Shown: positions 48,441 through 57,700 of the stretch, one piece after another
Numbering within the stretch: position 1 is the stretch's first letter
Layout: the number at the start of each line of letters is the position of its first letter
Assembly (NCBI GenBank): GCA_016930515.1
Contig: JAFGGO010000114.1
Location: 57,289 to 121,288 of the forward strand
DNA: 64,000 nt
Source: Promethearchaeota archaeon
GTDB lineage: Archaea > Asgardarchaeota > Lokiarchaeia > Sigyniarchaeales > SOKP01
Direction: 5' to 3'
The notes under the pieces: generated by a model
Told to the model about the DNA's origin: nothing
The model's database searches: none
Seen by the model: the letters and a program-made list of their open reading frames with translations, nothing else
Made by a program: the position numbers and the translations under genes

Positions 48441-48588
48441 ATTTTATCCCTTATATTATGTATGTATTATTTAGGAAATTTGAATACAATGAATCATATC
48501 TTGTTTAAAAGTTATTTGACTCACTATTTATTAATACTTCAGAAATGATTAGATAAAAAATGGATAGCTTTAAATTTAACCAAGAATA

Positions 48589-48626
48589 TATTCTCATTTG
48601 AGAACATATAGTCTCACATGAGAATA
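48589..48626. promoter_or_regulatory. Tandem palindromic operator TCTCA-NN-TGAGA (two copies, 20-bp period) upstream of padR
   Basis: TTCTCA-TT-TGAGAA at 48591-48604 and GTCTCA-CA-TGAGAA at 48611-48624, downstream of a TTTAAA box (~48569). Confidence 0.75.
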
Positions 48627-48647
48627 CTGAAATAATTAAATTTCAAA

Positions 48648-49223
48648 ATGAATCAATCAGAATCATTTGAACTGGAGCACAAGGGCTTTATTATACTTGG
48701 ATTGTTAGCCGAAGAGCCAAGTGGGACGCATGCGTATAGCTTGAACAAGAAAATAGAAGAAAGAGGCATGCGCAATTGGACCGAGATTGGAAAATCGTCA
48801 ATTTATAGGATTGCAAGCGAATTAGAGGAGATAGGTCTCGTGGCGTCCTACGAAGAGGAATTCGACAACAGAGTTAGAAAAATGTACAAGATCACTGATT
48901 ATGGATATAATATTTTAAAAGACAAGGTATATGAGGTTCTAAGGACCTTTAACGGCAGGAACGACCCGGACTTTTATGTTGCGTTCTCTATGTTACCGTT
49001 TCTCACTAAAGAAGAAATAGAAGAAGCGATCCAGAATTCCATAGAAGCCATAAATTTAAACTTGGAAGAGTTAAGAGAATTGCTCGAGCAAAATTCTCAC
49101 TTAGGGCTGAATGTTAGAGGTTTATTCGTTCATCCCATAAAAATACTAGAAACCGACTTGGAGTTCTTAAAGGAAGTCTTAAGGGAGGTAAAGGAGGGAG
49201 GAGGTATTAAACTTGAGTCATGA
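48648..49223 (+). CDS. PadR family transcriptional regulator
   Basis: ILGLLAEEP..HAY.L...IEERGMRNWTEIGKSSIY...L...GLV...RKMYKITDYG. Confidence 0.9.
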   Translation: MNQSESFELEHKGFIILGLLAEEPSGTHAYSLNKKIEERGMRNWTEIGKSSIYRIASELEEIGLVASYEEEFDNRVRKMYKITDYGYNILKDKVYEVLRTFNGRNDPDFYVAFSMLPFLTKEEIEEAIQNSIEAINLNLEELRELLEQNSHLGLNVRGLFVHPIKILETDLEFLKEVLREVKEGGGIKLES

Positions 49224-50355
49224 ACATTTTATAGAAGGATTCAAACACCTAAAAGGTAAGCACTGCGAATCGTCGTCTATGAGAGATTTACTTGAATATA
49301 ATGAATTTCCAATGACAGAGGCCATGACTTTTGGTTTGGATGCCTCGTTAGGATTCCTTTATTTTAATCGAGCTAGCAATTCAGAGGACATGGATGATAT
49401 GCTGAACAATGCGCCGTTTTTTTTCGGAGGGAAACAAGGCACGATCGAAAGCACCTCGCTTGCGTGTCGCATTCTAGGCTTACTGGTTAGAAAACAATCG
49501 TTTACTAGTGCTGATAAAGCGTGGATCGAGGCAAAAAAAATGATTGACCAAGATATTCCCTTGATCCTCAAGGTCGATATGGCCTATTTGCCTTATTTAC
49601 AATTGGAAGAAAGAGAGATCCACTTTGGAGGGCACGCAATTACCTTGGCAGGATACGAGGAGAATAAAGGAATGGCCCTTGTAGGAGAAGCCGATTTTGA
49701 GGGATTTCAGGAAGTCCCAATCGAAAGCTTGAAAAAAAGCAGGAATTCTACCTACGGTCCCAATTTCATGCGACCAAACAATGCTCAATTCTCGATGAGT
49801 TCCCGTCCAGATGGAAAACGACCGCCTTTTGCAGCAGGAGTAAAACTTGCAATCCAACAGGTTGTATCAAACATGCTTCGCCCTTCTTTGAACAATTTTG
49901 GAGTTCAAGGCTTGAAATTATTAGCCAGATCAATTCCCGAATGGAAAGATGCACTTAAAGGACAAGTAATAGACTCGAAGGGTAATTCGATTTCTATCGC
50001 ACCATTAATGTTCGAATTCACACACGGATATATAGAGACATGGGGAACAGGAGGGGCTGCGTTCCGAAATCTTTACAAGGATTTTTTGATTGAGCTATTA
50101 AAATGCCCAGAGCTGAGAAAAGGAGCAGCAGCTTGGCAATCAAGCGACTTTGAAATCCTCCAAGAATGCATCTCGTTAACATCACTCTCTGCCAATAAAT
50201 GGACAAGCATTGCCAAGCAAATGTTAATTGCTTCAAAGGAAAAGGGTGAAGATTGTCTTGATCATTTTAACTTTAACGAGATACAGGATCTTATCATTTC
50301 GATTGCAACGATCGAGGAAGAATTGTTTCATAAATTGTCGAAAATTAAGATTTAA
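49213..50355 (+). CDS. BtrH N-terminal (C39/papain-like) + DUF4872 protein, copy 1
   Basis: GKHCESSS, D..YLPY, HFGGH.I.LAGY and IETWGTGGAAFR.LY..FL.E. Confidence 0.8.
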   Translation: MSHEHFIEGFKHLKGKHCESSSMRDLLEYNEFPMTEAMTFGLDASLGFLYFNRASNSEDMDDMLNNAPFFFGGKQGTIESTSLACRILGLLVRKQSFTSADKAWIEAKKMIDQDIPLILKVDMAYLPYLQLEEREIHFGGHAITLAGYEENKGMALVGEADFEGFQEVPIESLKKSRNSTYGPNFMRPNNAQFSMSSRPDGKRPPFAAGVKLAIQQVVSNMLRPSLNNFGVQGLKLLARSIPEWKDALKGQVIDSKGNSISIAPLMFEFTHGYIETWGTGGAAFRNLYKDFLIELLKCPELRKGAAAWQSSDFEILQECISLTSLSANKWTSIAKQMLIASKEKGEDCLDHFNFNEIQDLIISIATIEEELFHKLSKIKI

Positions 50356-50375
50356 GCGCAAAGAGGATAAGAATA

Positions 50376-51545
50376 ATGATTAGAATTGTAATAGACGATT
50401 TTAAGCATATAGCAGGGTCAAACTGCCAATTATCAAGTTTAAGAAAAATATTGACATACAACGATATCGAACTTTCAGAACCAATGCTTCTAGGAATGTC
50501 GTCGGGATTGGGATTTTTTTATTATTACATGAAAAGAATGCTTTTTCCGATGGTTTTAGGATTATCAGTGAAAAATACTGAAATGTTCGAGCGCGTCATG
50601 ACCCGCTTGGGTGGATCTATTCGAGTCACCGAGACTACATCTTTAAAAATTGCCCACGAAAATCTGATTCATGTACTTGAGAAAGGACAACCGGCAATCA
50701 CATTTGTTGACTTTGCCTACTTGCCTTTTTTCTTTGCGGAGGGCACTCCAATTCCAAACGAAGGTGCAGGGCATTATGGTGCCCATACATTCGTTACTTA
50801 TGGTATTGACGAGGAAAAGGACGAGGTATATATTTCAGATAGATATGCCCATCCTCATTTCATGAAATATAGCGAACTAAAGGAAGCGAGGGGGAGCAAG
50901 TTTGCACCCTTCCCCGCAAAAAATAAAATAGTTGAATTAGAATTACCAAAAAAAATAAGTGATTTGAATAGAGCCATTCCCGAAGGAATTAAGGAAAATA
51001 TCAATTTCATGTATAATCCTCCCATGAGCAACATGGGTTTATCAGGATTTCAGAAATGGAGGAAAATGCTTCCCACATGGGCCACCGATTTTGACGATAA
51101 TAGTTTATTGTTCGGACTCACGAGCGTGTTCATCTACATAGAAACTGGTGGAACGGGTGGCGCAATGTTCAGGATATTATATCGAGATTTTTTAAAAGAA
51201 GCGGGCGAAATGTTGAATAACAATGGTTTAAAAACAGCAGCGGAAAAGTTTGATGAAGTAACGCGAGTAATAAGGGATCTTGAATGTACATTATTACCAG
51301 ACGGTCTAGAAAACTTAGGAAAAATGCGAAAATTATTTTTAAAAAGTAATGAAATCACGGAAAAAGGAGAGAAAGACTATCAAAAACAATTGAGAAAGAT
51401 AAACGAACAAATGGAAACCATAATGGTTGGTGCTTTAGACGAAATTAGAGAATGGAAAAAATTAATACCTGAGATTGATAATTATATTAAAGACTGGGCA
51501 GATTTAGAGACAAAAGCCTGGGAAATGGTTAAATCATCAATTTAA
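50376..51545 (+). CDS. BtrH N-terminal (C39/papain-like) + DUF4872 protein, copy 2
   Basis: GSNCQLSS, DFAYLPF, HYGAH...YGID, YISD and IETGGTGGAMFR.LY.DFL.E. Confidence 0.8.
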   Translation: MIRIVIDDFKHIAGSNCQLSSLRKILTYNDIELSEPMLLGMSSGLGFFYYYMKRMLFPMVLGLSVKNTEMFERVMTRLGGSIRVTETTSLKIAHENLIHVLEKGQPAITFVDFAYLPFFFAEGTPIPNEGAGHYGAHTFVTYGIDEEKDEVYISDRYAHPHFMKYSELKEARGSKFAPFPAKNKIVELELPKKISDLNRAIPEGIKENINFMYNPPMSNMGLSGFQKWRKMLPTWATDFDDNSLLFGLTSVFIYIETGGTGGAMFRILYRDFLKEAGEMLNNNGLKTAAEKFDEVTRVIRDLECTLLPDGLENLGKMRKLFLKSNEITEKGEKDYQKQLRKINEQMETIMVGALDEIREWKKLIPEIDNYIKDWADLETKAWEMVKSSI

Positions 51546-51554
51546 AGCAAGATC

Positions 51555-52241
51555 GTGAATATGATGCCAATTGATTTCGTAAAAGAGTTGAATATAGACT
51601 CCCTCCGGGAAAGTTTTTTAAAATACGCTAGGAAAATCTTTGAATCGTTACCAAAAATAGAAGAACCTCGGATTTTAGATGTGGGGTGTGGTTCGGGAGC
51701 TGTTTCACTCGAACTTGCGAGATTAACAAAAGGCAGGATTACGAGTATTGATGTAGATCAATTGGTTTTGGAAAAATTTCTCTCAAAATTAGTGGAAACA
51801 GAATTTTCAAATCGCATTAACATCTTCAATCGTTCAATTTACAACACCGATTTTCAAGCAGAGAGTTTCGATATTGTATGGGAAGAAGGCATGTTGCACC
51901 TTGTAAATGCCAAAAATGCTCTCAAAGAGATTCAGAAAATCTTAAAAATTAATGGATTTTTCGTTGCTTTAGAAACTAAAGCGTGGTTTGAATCGAACTT
52001 GAAACGATTTTCTAATCACGGTTTTGATATTGTTGTAAAAATGGATTTACCAGATCAATGCTGGTTGGACGAATACTATCTGCCAATGGAAAGAAAGATT
52101 GAAAAGATAATATTAAATAACAAATTTTCAGAGGGGTTAAAAAAATTAAAACCTTTCGAAGATGAAATAAAAATGGTTAAAAAAAATCCTAAAAAGTTTG
52201 ATTGTGTTTATTATGTATTCAAAAAGATTAAGGTGGAATAA
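51555..52241 (+). CDS. Class I SAM-dependent methyltransferase
   Basis: ILDVGCGSG, SID, FQAESFDIVWEEG and LKINGFF. Confidence 0.9.
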   Translation: MNMMPIDFVKELNIDSLRESFLKYARKIFESLPKIEEPRILDVGCGSGAVSLELARLTKGRITSIDVDQLVLEKFLSKLVETEFSNRINIFNRSIYNTDFQAESFDIVWEEGMLHLVNAKNALKEIQKILKINGFFVALETKAWFESNLKRFSNHGFDIVVKMDLPDQCWLDEYYLPMERKIEKIILNNKFSEGLKKLKPFEDEIKMVKKNPKKFDCVYYVFKKIKVE

Positions 52242-52245
52242 GTAA

Positions 52246-54756
52246 ATGGATGAAATTCGAGTAAAAGGTGCTAGAATCCATAACTTGAAAAATATAAATG
52301 TGAACATGCCCAAAAGAAAAACGATTCTCATAACGGGCGTCTCAGGATCTGGAAAATCGAGCTTGGCGTTTGATATTATTTTTGACGAAGGCATGAATAG
52401 ATACCTTCAATCCATTGGTTTTCCCCCCAAGTTTGAGGACGACAAACCTTTTGATATCATAGAAGGGTTGAGTCCTACGGTAGCCGTTGAACAAAGAACA
52501 ACCAGGGTTTTTAATCCAAGATCGACAGTTGGTACGAGGTCGGGCGTTTATAGCTTGATCAGAATGTTATATGCAACAGAGGGCATACTCATTTGTCCCA
52601 TTTGCAAGATACCCGTAAATCAATCCAATCTAGAATGTGAATCTTGTGGAATGATCGTGGAGAGGAAGCAAATCAAGCATTTCTCGTTTAATGAGCCTTC
52701 TGGCATGTGCTTGAACTGTAAAGGGCGAGGATACGAGATGAACTTCACGGAAGAAGGTATTGTTAGGGATTTCAACCGAAATTTGATTGAGATTACTAAA
52801 GCGGGCTCTGGGTGTTTTGCTGACATGATCCGATTCGTAGAACAACTTCCAAATTTTTTCAATTTCGAAATTAACACACCCTATAAGGAGCTTCCGCAAG
52901 AAATCAAGGACTTATACCTGTACGGAAGCAAGGGTAAAAAATTCAAGTTTTATTGGGAGTCGAAGACGTTTCAAGGAGAACTGGAAAGAATTTTTGAAGG
53001 AGTCATCCCACACTTGAACCGAGCAATGATGGAAGGTAAAAGCGATTATAGAAGGAATAAAATCACCAAGGAATACATGTCAAAAAAGAAGTGCGAAGAG
53101 TGCGAAGGATATCGGATAAACGAGGAGGCAAGAGAGATAAAGATCGCCGGTAAGCATGTAGGGGAACTCGCAATGATGACTATCGAGGAATTAAAGAAAT
53201 TTCTTGAAATTCTTGATATCAAGAATGAAATAAAGACTCCTCAAGGTAGTGCAATTCTTGACAACGCAAAGCGCGGTTTGGATCGTATGATACAAGTTGG
53301 CTTGTCGTACTTGCATCTCAATAGATCCTTACCAACGCTTAGTGGTGGGGAACTACAAAGACTCACACTCATGACGCATCTCGACGGCAGTCTCGATTCT
53401 CTCATTTATGTTCTCGACGAGCCCAGCATGAGTTTGCACGAAAAAGAAAAGGACTCCTTAATCGAAATTCTTCAACAATTAAAAGAATTAGGCAACACGG
53501 TCATCATTGTCGAGCATGACAAGCGCTTTATGGAACTTGCAGACGAAATTATTGAAATTGGACCTGGAGCAGGTATTGATGGAGGAACAATAGTTTATCA
53601 AGGGACATTAGAGGGAATAAAAAAGATTAAAGGATCTCATACGGGTCAATACCTATCTGGAAGCGTTTCCCTTTCAGAAAAAAGTAGTGCAAATCAAAAA
53701 ATAATAAGCAATACAACGAACTTTTTAACGATAAAAAACGCATCTACGAATAATCTAAAAGACCTCACCGCCAGCATTCCTCTTGGATTTATGGTAGGAA
53801 TTGCGGGAGTCTCTGGTTCGGGAAAAAGTTCTCTGATTTTAGACACCCTCGTTCCACTATTAAAACCATTATTCAAAAAAGGAGTAAAAAAATCGAGAAA
53901 AAAATCAGAAGAAGAAAACGGTGAAGAAGAAGAAAACGGTGAAGAATTACTGGAGTATTCTGGACGGGTGGAAGGTTGGGAATATTTAGACGGCGTGGTT
54001 ATCGTCAACCAAAAACCAATTTCACGGGTTCGCACCTCGACGCCTTGTTCCTTCATAGGAATATGGGATAAGATAAGGAACTTATTTTCTAAGACTGTTG
54101 AGGCCAAGAAAAGAAAATTTTCATCAGGTCACTTCTCTTACAATTCCGAGAACGGTCGCTGTCCCGCTTGTAAAGGATTGGGTTATCAGGACCTGCAAGT
54201 ATCGTTTCTTACGAGTTTTCAAATTCCATGCAAGGAATGCAAGGGATCAAAATACAAATCAGAGATATTAGAAATTAAATACAAGGGTTATACGATTGCG
54301 GATGTCTTGAACATGACTGTAAAAGAAGCGGCCGAATTGTTTTGCGATCAAGAAAGCGTGTCAAAAGTGCTCAAGGTTCTAAACGAAATCGGAATGGGAT
54401 ACATCGAGCTTGGCCAACCAGCACCCAGTTTAAGCGGCGGAGAAGCCCAGAGAGTGAAATTGGCAAAGGAATTGGGTAAAATGAGAAAAGGCAAGCTTCT
54501 TTACGTGTTAGACGAACCCACGGTGGGTTTATCTTTCTTTGACGCTGTAAAATTGGTGGAATTACTCGACAAACTCGTTCAAGAAGGTAACACCGTCATC
54601 ATAATCGAACACGACCCTGAAATACTTTCTCATTGTGATTATATCCTAGAATTAGGTCCAGAAGGCGGACCTAAGGGTGGAACGATCATTGCTGAGGGAA
54701 CGCCACAAGAAATCAAATCAAATAAAAATTCCATAACGGGACTATATCTAAAATAA
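52246..54756 (+). CDS. UvrA-like ABC ATPase, class II (UvrA2/DrrC-type; no UvrB-binding domain)
   Basis: GARIHNLKN, two GVSGSGKSS, LSGGELQR/LSGGEAQR and LDEP motifs. Only a short spacer between CPIC and CESC. Confidence 0.88.
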   Translation: MDEIRVKGARIHNLKNINVNMPKRKTILITGVSGSGKSSLAFDIIFDEGMNRYLQSIGFPPKFEDDKPFDIIEGLSPTVAVEQRTTRVFNPRSTVGTRSGVYSLIRMLYATEGILICPICKIPVNQSNLECESCGMIVERKQIKHFSFNEPSGMCLNCKGRGYEMNFTEEGIVRDFNRNLIEITKAGSGCFADMIRFVEQLPNFFNFEINTPYKELPQEIKDLYLYGSKGKKFKFYWESKTFQGELERIFEGVIPHLNRAMMEGKSDYRRNKITKEYMSKKKCEECEGYRINEEAREIKIAGKHVGELAMMTIEELKKFLEILDIKNEIKTPQGSAILDNAKRGLDRMIQVGLSYLHLNRSLPTLSGGELQRLTLMTHLDGSLDSLIYVLDEPSMSLHEKEKDSLIEILQQLKELGNTVIIVEHDKRFMELADEIIEIGPGAGIDGGTIVYQGTLEGIKKIKGSHTGQYLSGSVSLSEKSSANQKIISNTTNFLTIKNASTNNLKDLTASIPLGFMVGIAGVSGSGKSSLILDTLVPLLKPLFKKGVKKSRKKSEEENGEEEENGEELLEYSGRVEGWEYLDGVVIVNQKPISRVRTSTPCSFIGIWDKIRNLFSKTVEAKKRKFSSGHFSYNSENGRCPACKGLGYQDLQVSFLTSFQIPCKECKGSKYKSEILEIKYKGYTIADVLNMTVKEAAELFCDQESVSKVLKVLNEIGMGYIELGQPAPSLSGGEAQRVKLAKELGKMRKGKLLYVLDEPTVGLSFFDAVKLVELLDKLVQEGNTVIIIEHDPEILSHCDYILELGPEGGPKGGTIIAEGTPQEIKSNKNSITGLYLK
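53908..53943 (+). repeat. Perfect 18-bp tandem duplication encoding EEENGE x2
   Basis: GAAGAAGAAAACGGTGAA repeated twice within a charged loop. Confidence 0.8.
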
Positions 54757-54772
54757 ATTTTGTTGATGAGTC

Positions 54773-57700
54773 TTGGTAATAAAAATTAAAGGCGCACGAG
54801 AACACAACCTAAAAAATATTAATATTGATATTGAAGACGGACTTACAGTAGTTACAGGAGTCTCCGGTTCGGGAAAAACATCATTAATATTTGATACCCT
54901 TTATAAAGAAGCTCACCGTCGTTTTTTAGAAGCATTCTCCGTTAATAAAGACGAGATGAAGCTTAATCCAGCAAAAGTAAATTCAATTTCAGGTATGGGA
55001 ACCACGATTGCCCTCGGACAGAACCTATTGAACAGAAATCCTAATTCCACCCTCGCTTCGGCTACGGGCCTTATTCCACTTTTCAAGATCTTGTTTTCTA
55101 GGTTTGGAACTAGAAAATGCCACAAATGTGGTTCATTAATTTCAGTCTTAAAAGAAGAAGAAATAGTTTCTCGAATCGAAGATCTCAAGAATGATGAAAA
55201 ACTTCAAATTTCTGCCATTCTTATGAAAAAAGCAAAAGGAAGCCATAGAACTTTACTTGCTCTTTTGGAAAAAGAATTTGGTTCAGAAGCGGTAATTATA
55301 GATTCACATCCCTTGGTTATGGATTTAGATCCAAATAAAGCTCACGATATTCAAGTAATTATCGGCAACATTGATAACACTACACAAATCGTCGAGATTA
55401 GGGCCCTTGTTAGAATGGCGTTAATGATGGGCTCAAGGGCTTTGGAGATTAAAGGAGATAATACATTATTAGTTATTTCTCTTATACAATCATGTGTGGA
55501 ATGTGGGACATGGTTTGATAAGCTAGAGCCGTATTATTTTAACAAGAATTGCCCTCATTGTAAGGGAAAAGGATGCAATGAATGCAACAATTCAGGTTAT
55601 CACCCGTTCGTTCAGGGGACCACATGGAAGGGTTTTTTATTTCAAGATATCTTGAAAATATCTGTAGGAGAACTTTCTTTCCTATTTTCAAAAGAATTTT
55701 CAGCCAATTCAAGATTATTAAAAGAAATAGAGAATAGAGTAAATATGTTAAAGTCAGTTGGTTTAGATTATTTGACTTTAGATAGAATCACGCCAACTCT
55801 TTCGAGAGGGGAGTCTCAGAGAGTTCGATTGGCAATGGCCTTACGAAGCAATTTATACGATGTAACGCATATACTTGACGAGCCTACCATTGGTCAACAT
55901 CCTACCGATATTTCTCGATTGATGTCAATGATTTCCAACCTCCCTGGAAGGATTATTTATATAGAACATGATCGACAGGCTGCCATTCATGCCGATAATG
56001 CCATTGATATGGGTCCTGGAGCAGGATATAAGGGAGGAGAGGTTGTTTTTGCAGGAAAGATAGAGGATCTTTGGAAAGCAAATACACCAACAGGAAAATA
56101 TTTTAGTTTAAGAGAGCATGTATTATGCCCAAAAAAGCGCGATCCACCTGTACAATTTATGACAATCAAGTCTGCTTACAAGCACAACCTTAAAAACATT
56201 GATGTGAGAATTCCGATCAATAGACTCACGGTAATTACAGGCGTTTCAGGATCGGGTAAAAGCACTTTAATCAAGGAAGTGCTTTATAATTCCTTAAAAA
56301 ATAGAAAACCAAGCGGTTGTAAAAGCATAGAAGGACCTTTGTTGAAAGCTGTCTTGGTCAATCAAGAACCGATTGGAAAAAATCCGCGATCTAACCCTGC
56401 CACATACACAAAACTCTCAGATATTATACGGAAGTTGTATGCTAAGGAATCTGGATTGAAATCGACTTACTTTTCCTTTAATACGCCTAATGGTGCTTGC
56501 GATACTTGTAACGGAATGGGTGCACTTGAAATTAAAATGCGGTATTTATCTTCAGTGTGGATCGAATGTTCTGACTGCGAAGGCAAGCGATTTTCAGAGG
56601 AAGTTCTCTCGGAGAAAGTAAAATTTGGAGAAAAATATTACAACATTTCAGAATTTTACGATTTACCTATCTCTACCGTTTTAAGGTTGTTGAATGAGGA
56701 AACTCGCGTGACAGAAAAGGAACTCGCTCCCGCAAGGCAGATGCTAGAAGCAATGACCGAAATTGGTTTGCATTATCTCTCATTGGGACAACCATCACCT
56801 ACTCTTTCGGGAGGAGAAGCGCAAAGATTAAAATTGTCAAAGTATCTCGGGAAGAGTACTATAAAAAATCAATTAATGATTTTGGATGAACCATCTACTG
56901 GTTTACATCCTCGAGATCTCTCAGGCTTGTTATCGGTCCTTGATAAATTGTTGAAAGCAGGAGCAACCATAGTTGTCGTTGAGCATAATTCGGATTTTAT
57001 TAGGGCAGCAGATTGGGTCGTGGATCTTGGACCTAGATCGGGACCTGTAGGTGGAGAGGTCGTGTACGAGGGATCATACGACGGATTATCAAGGGTGAAG
57101 CATTCCTTAACTGCGAGTGCTTTAGGAGAAGAATATTTTTCAAAACCACATCCCAGTAAAAAAGGCAAAATTTTACCAAGAAAACTTGAAATTTCAATTC
57201 AAAAAGCTTCTATGCATAATTTAAAGAACATAAGTGTGAACATACCAAAAAATAAGTTCACTGTAGTTACAGGCGTTTCAGGTTCGGGAAAATCAAGCTT
57301 GATAGTCGATACTTTAGAAGCAGAAGCCCGTCGTAGGTACTTAGAAACATTATCAATGTACGAAAGACAGGGTTCCAAGGAAACTAACGAATCCCAAGTC
57401 GAGGAGATAATTGGACTTGGAGTTACTGCCTTAATTACTCCTGAAAAGTTGGTTCGTGGATGGATTTACAATATTCGTTATACTATCGGAAGGGTAACTG
57501 ACATTATTTTGCATTTAGCAACAATTTTTTCACATGAAGGTAAACAGAAGTGTCCAAAATGTGGTGAATGGATGGAAAAAAAACAGACTTATTCTTGTAA
57601 TAAATGTGATATATCACTTCCGATTCCAAAGCCTCGTCATTTTATCTCATCTAACTATTCCGCTGCGTGTTTAAAGTGCCACGGAGTAGGAACAATGCAG

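Noticed and set aside
53908-53943. 18-bp tandem repeat as a functional element
   Set aside because: Best explained as slippage in a charged flexible loop.
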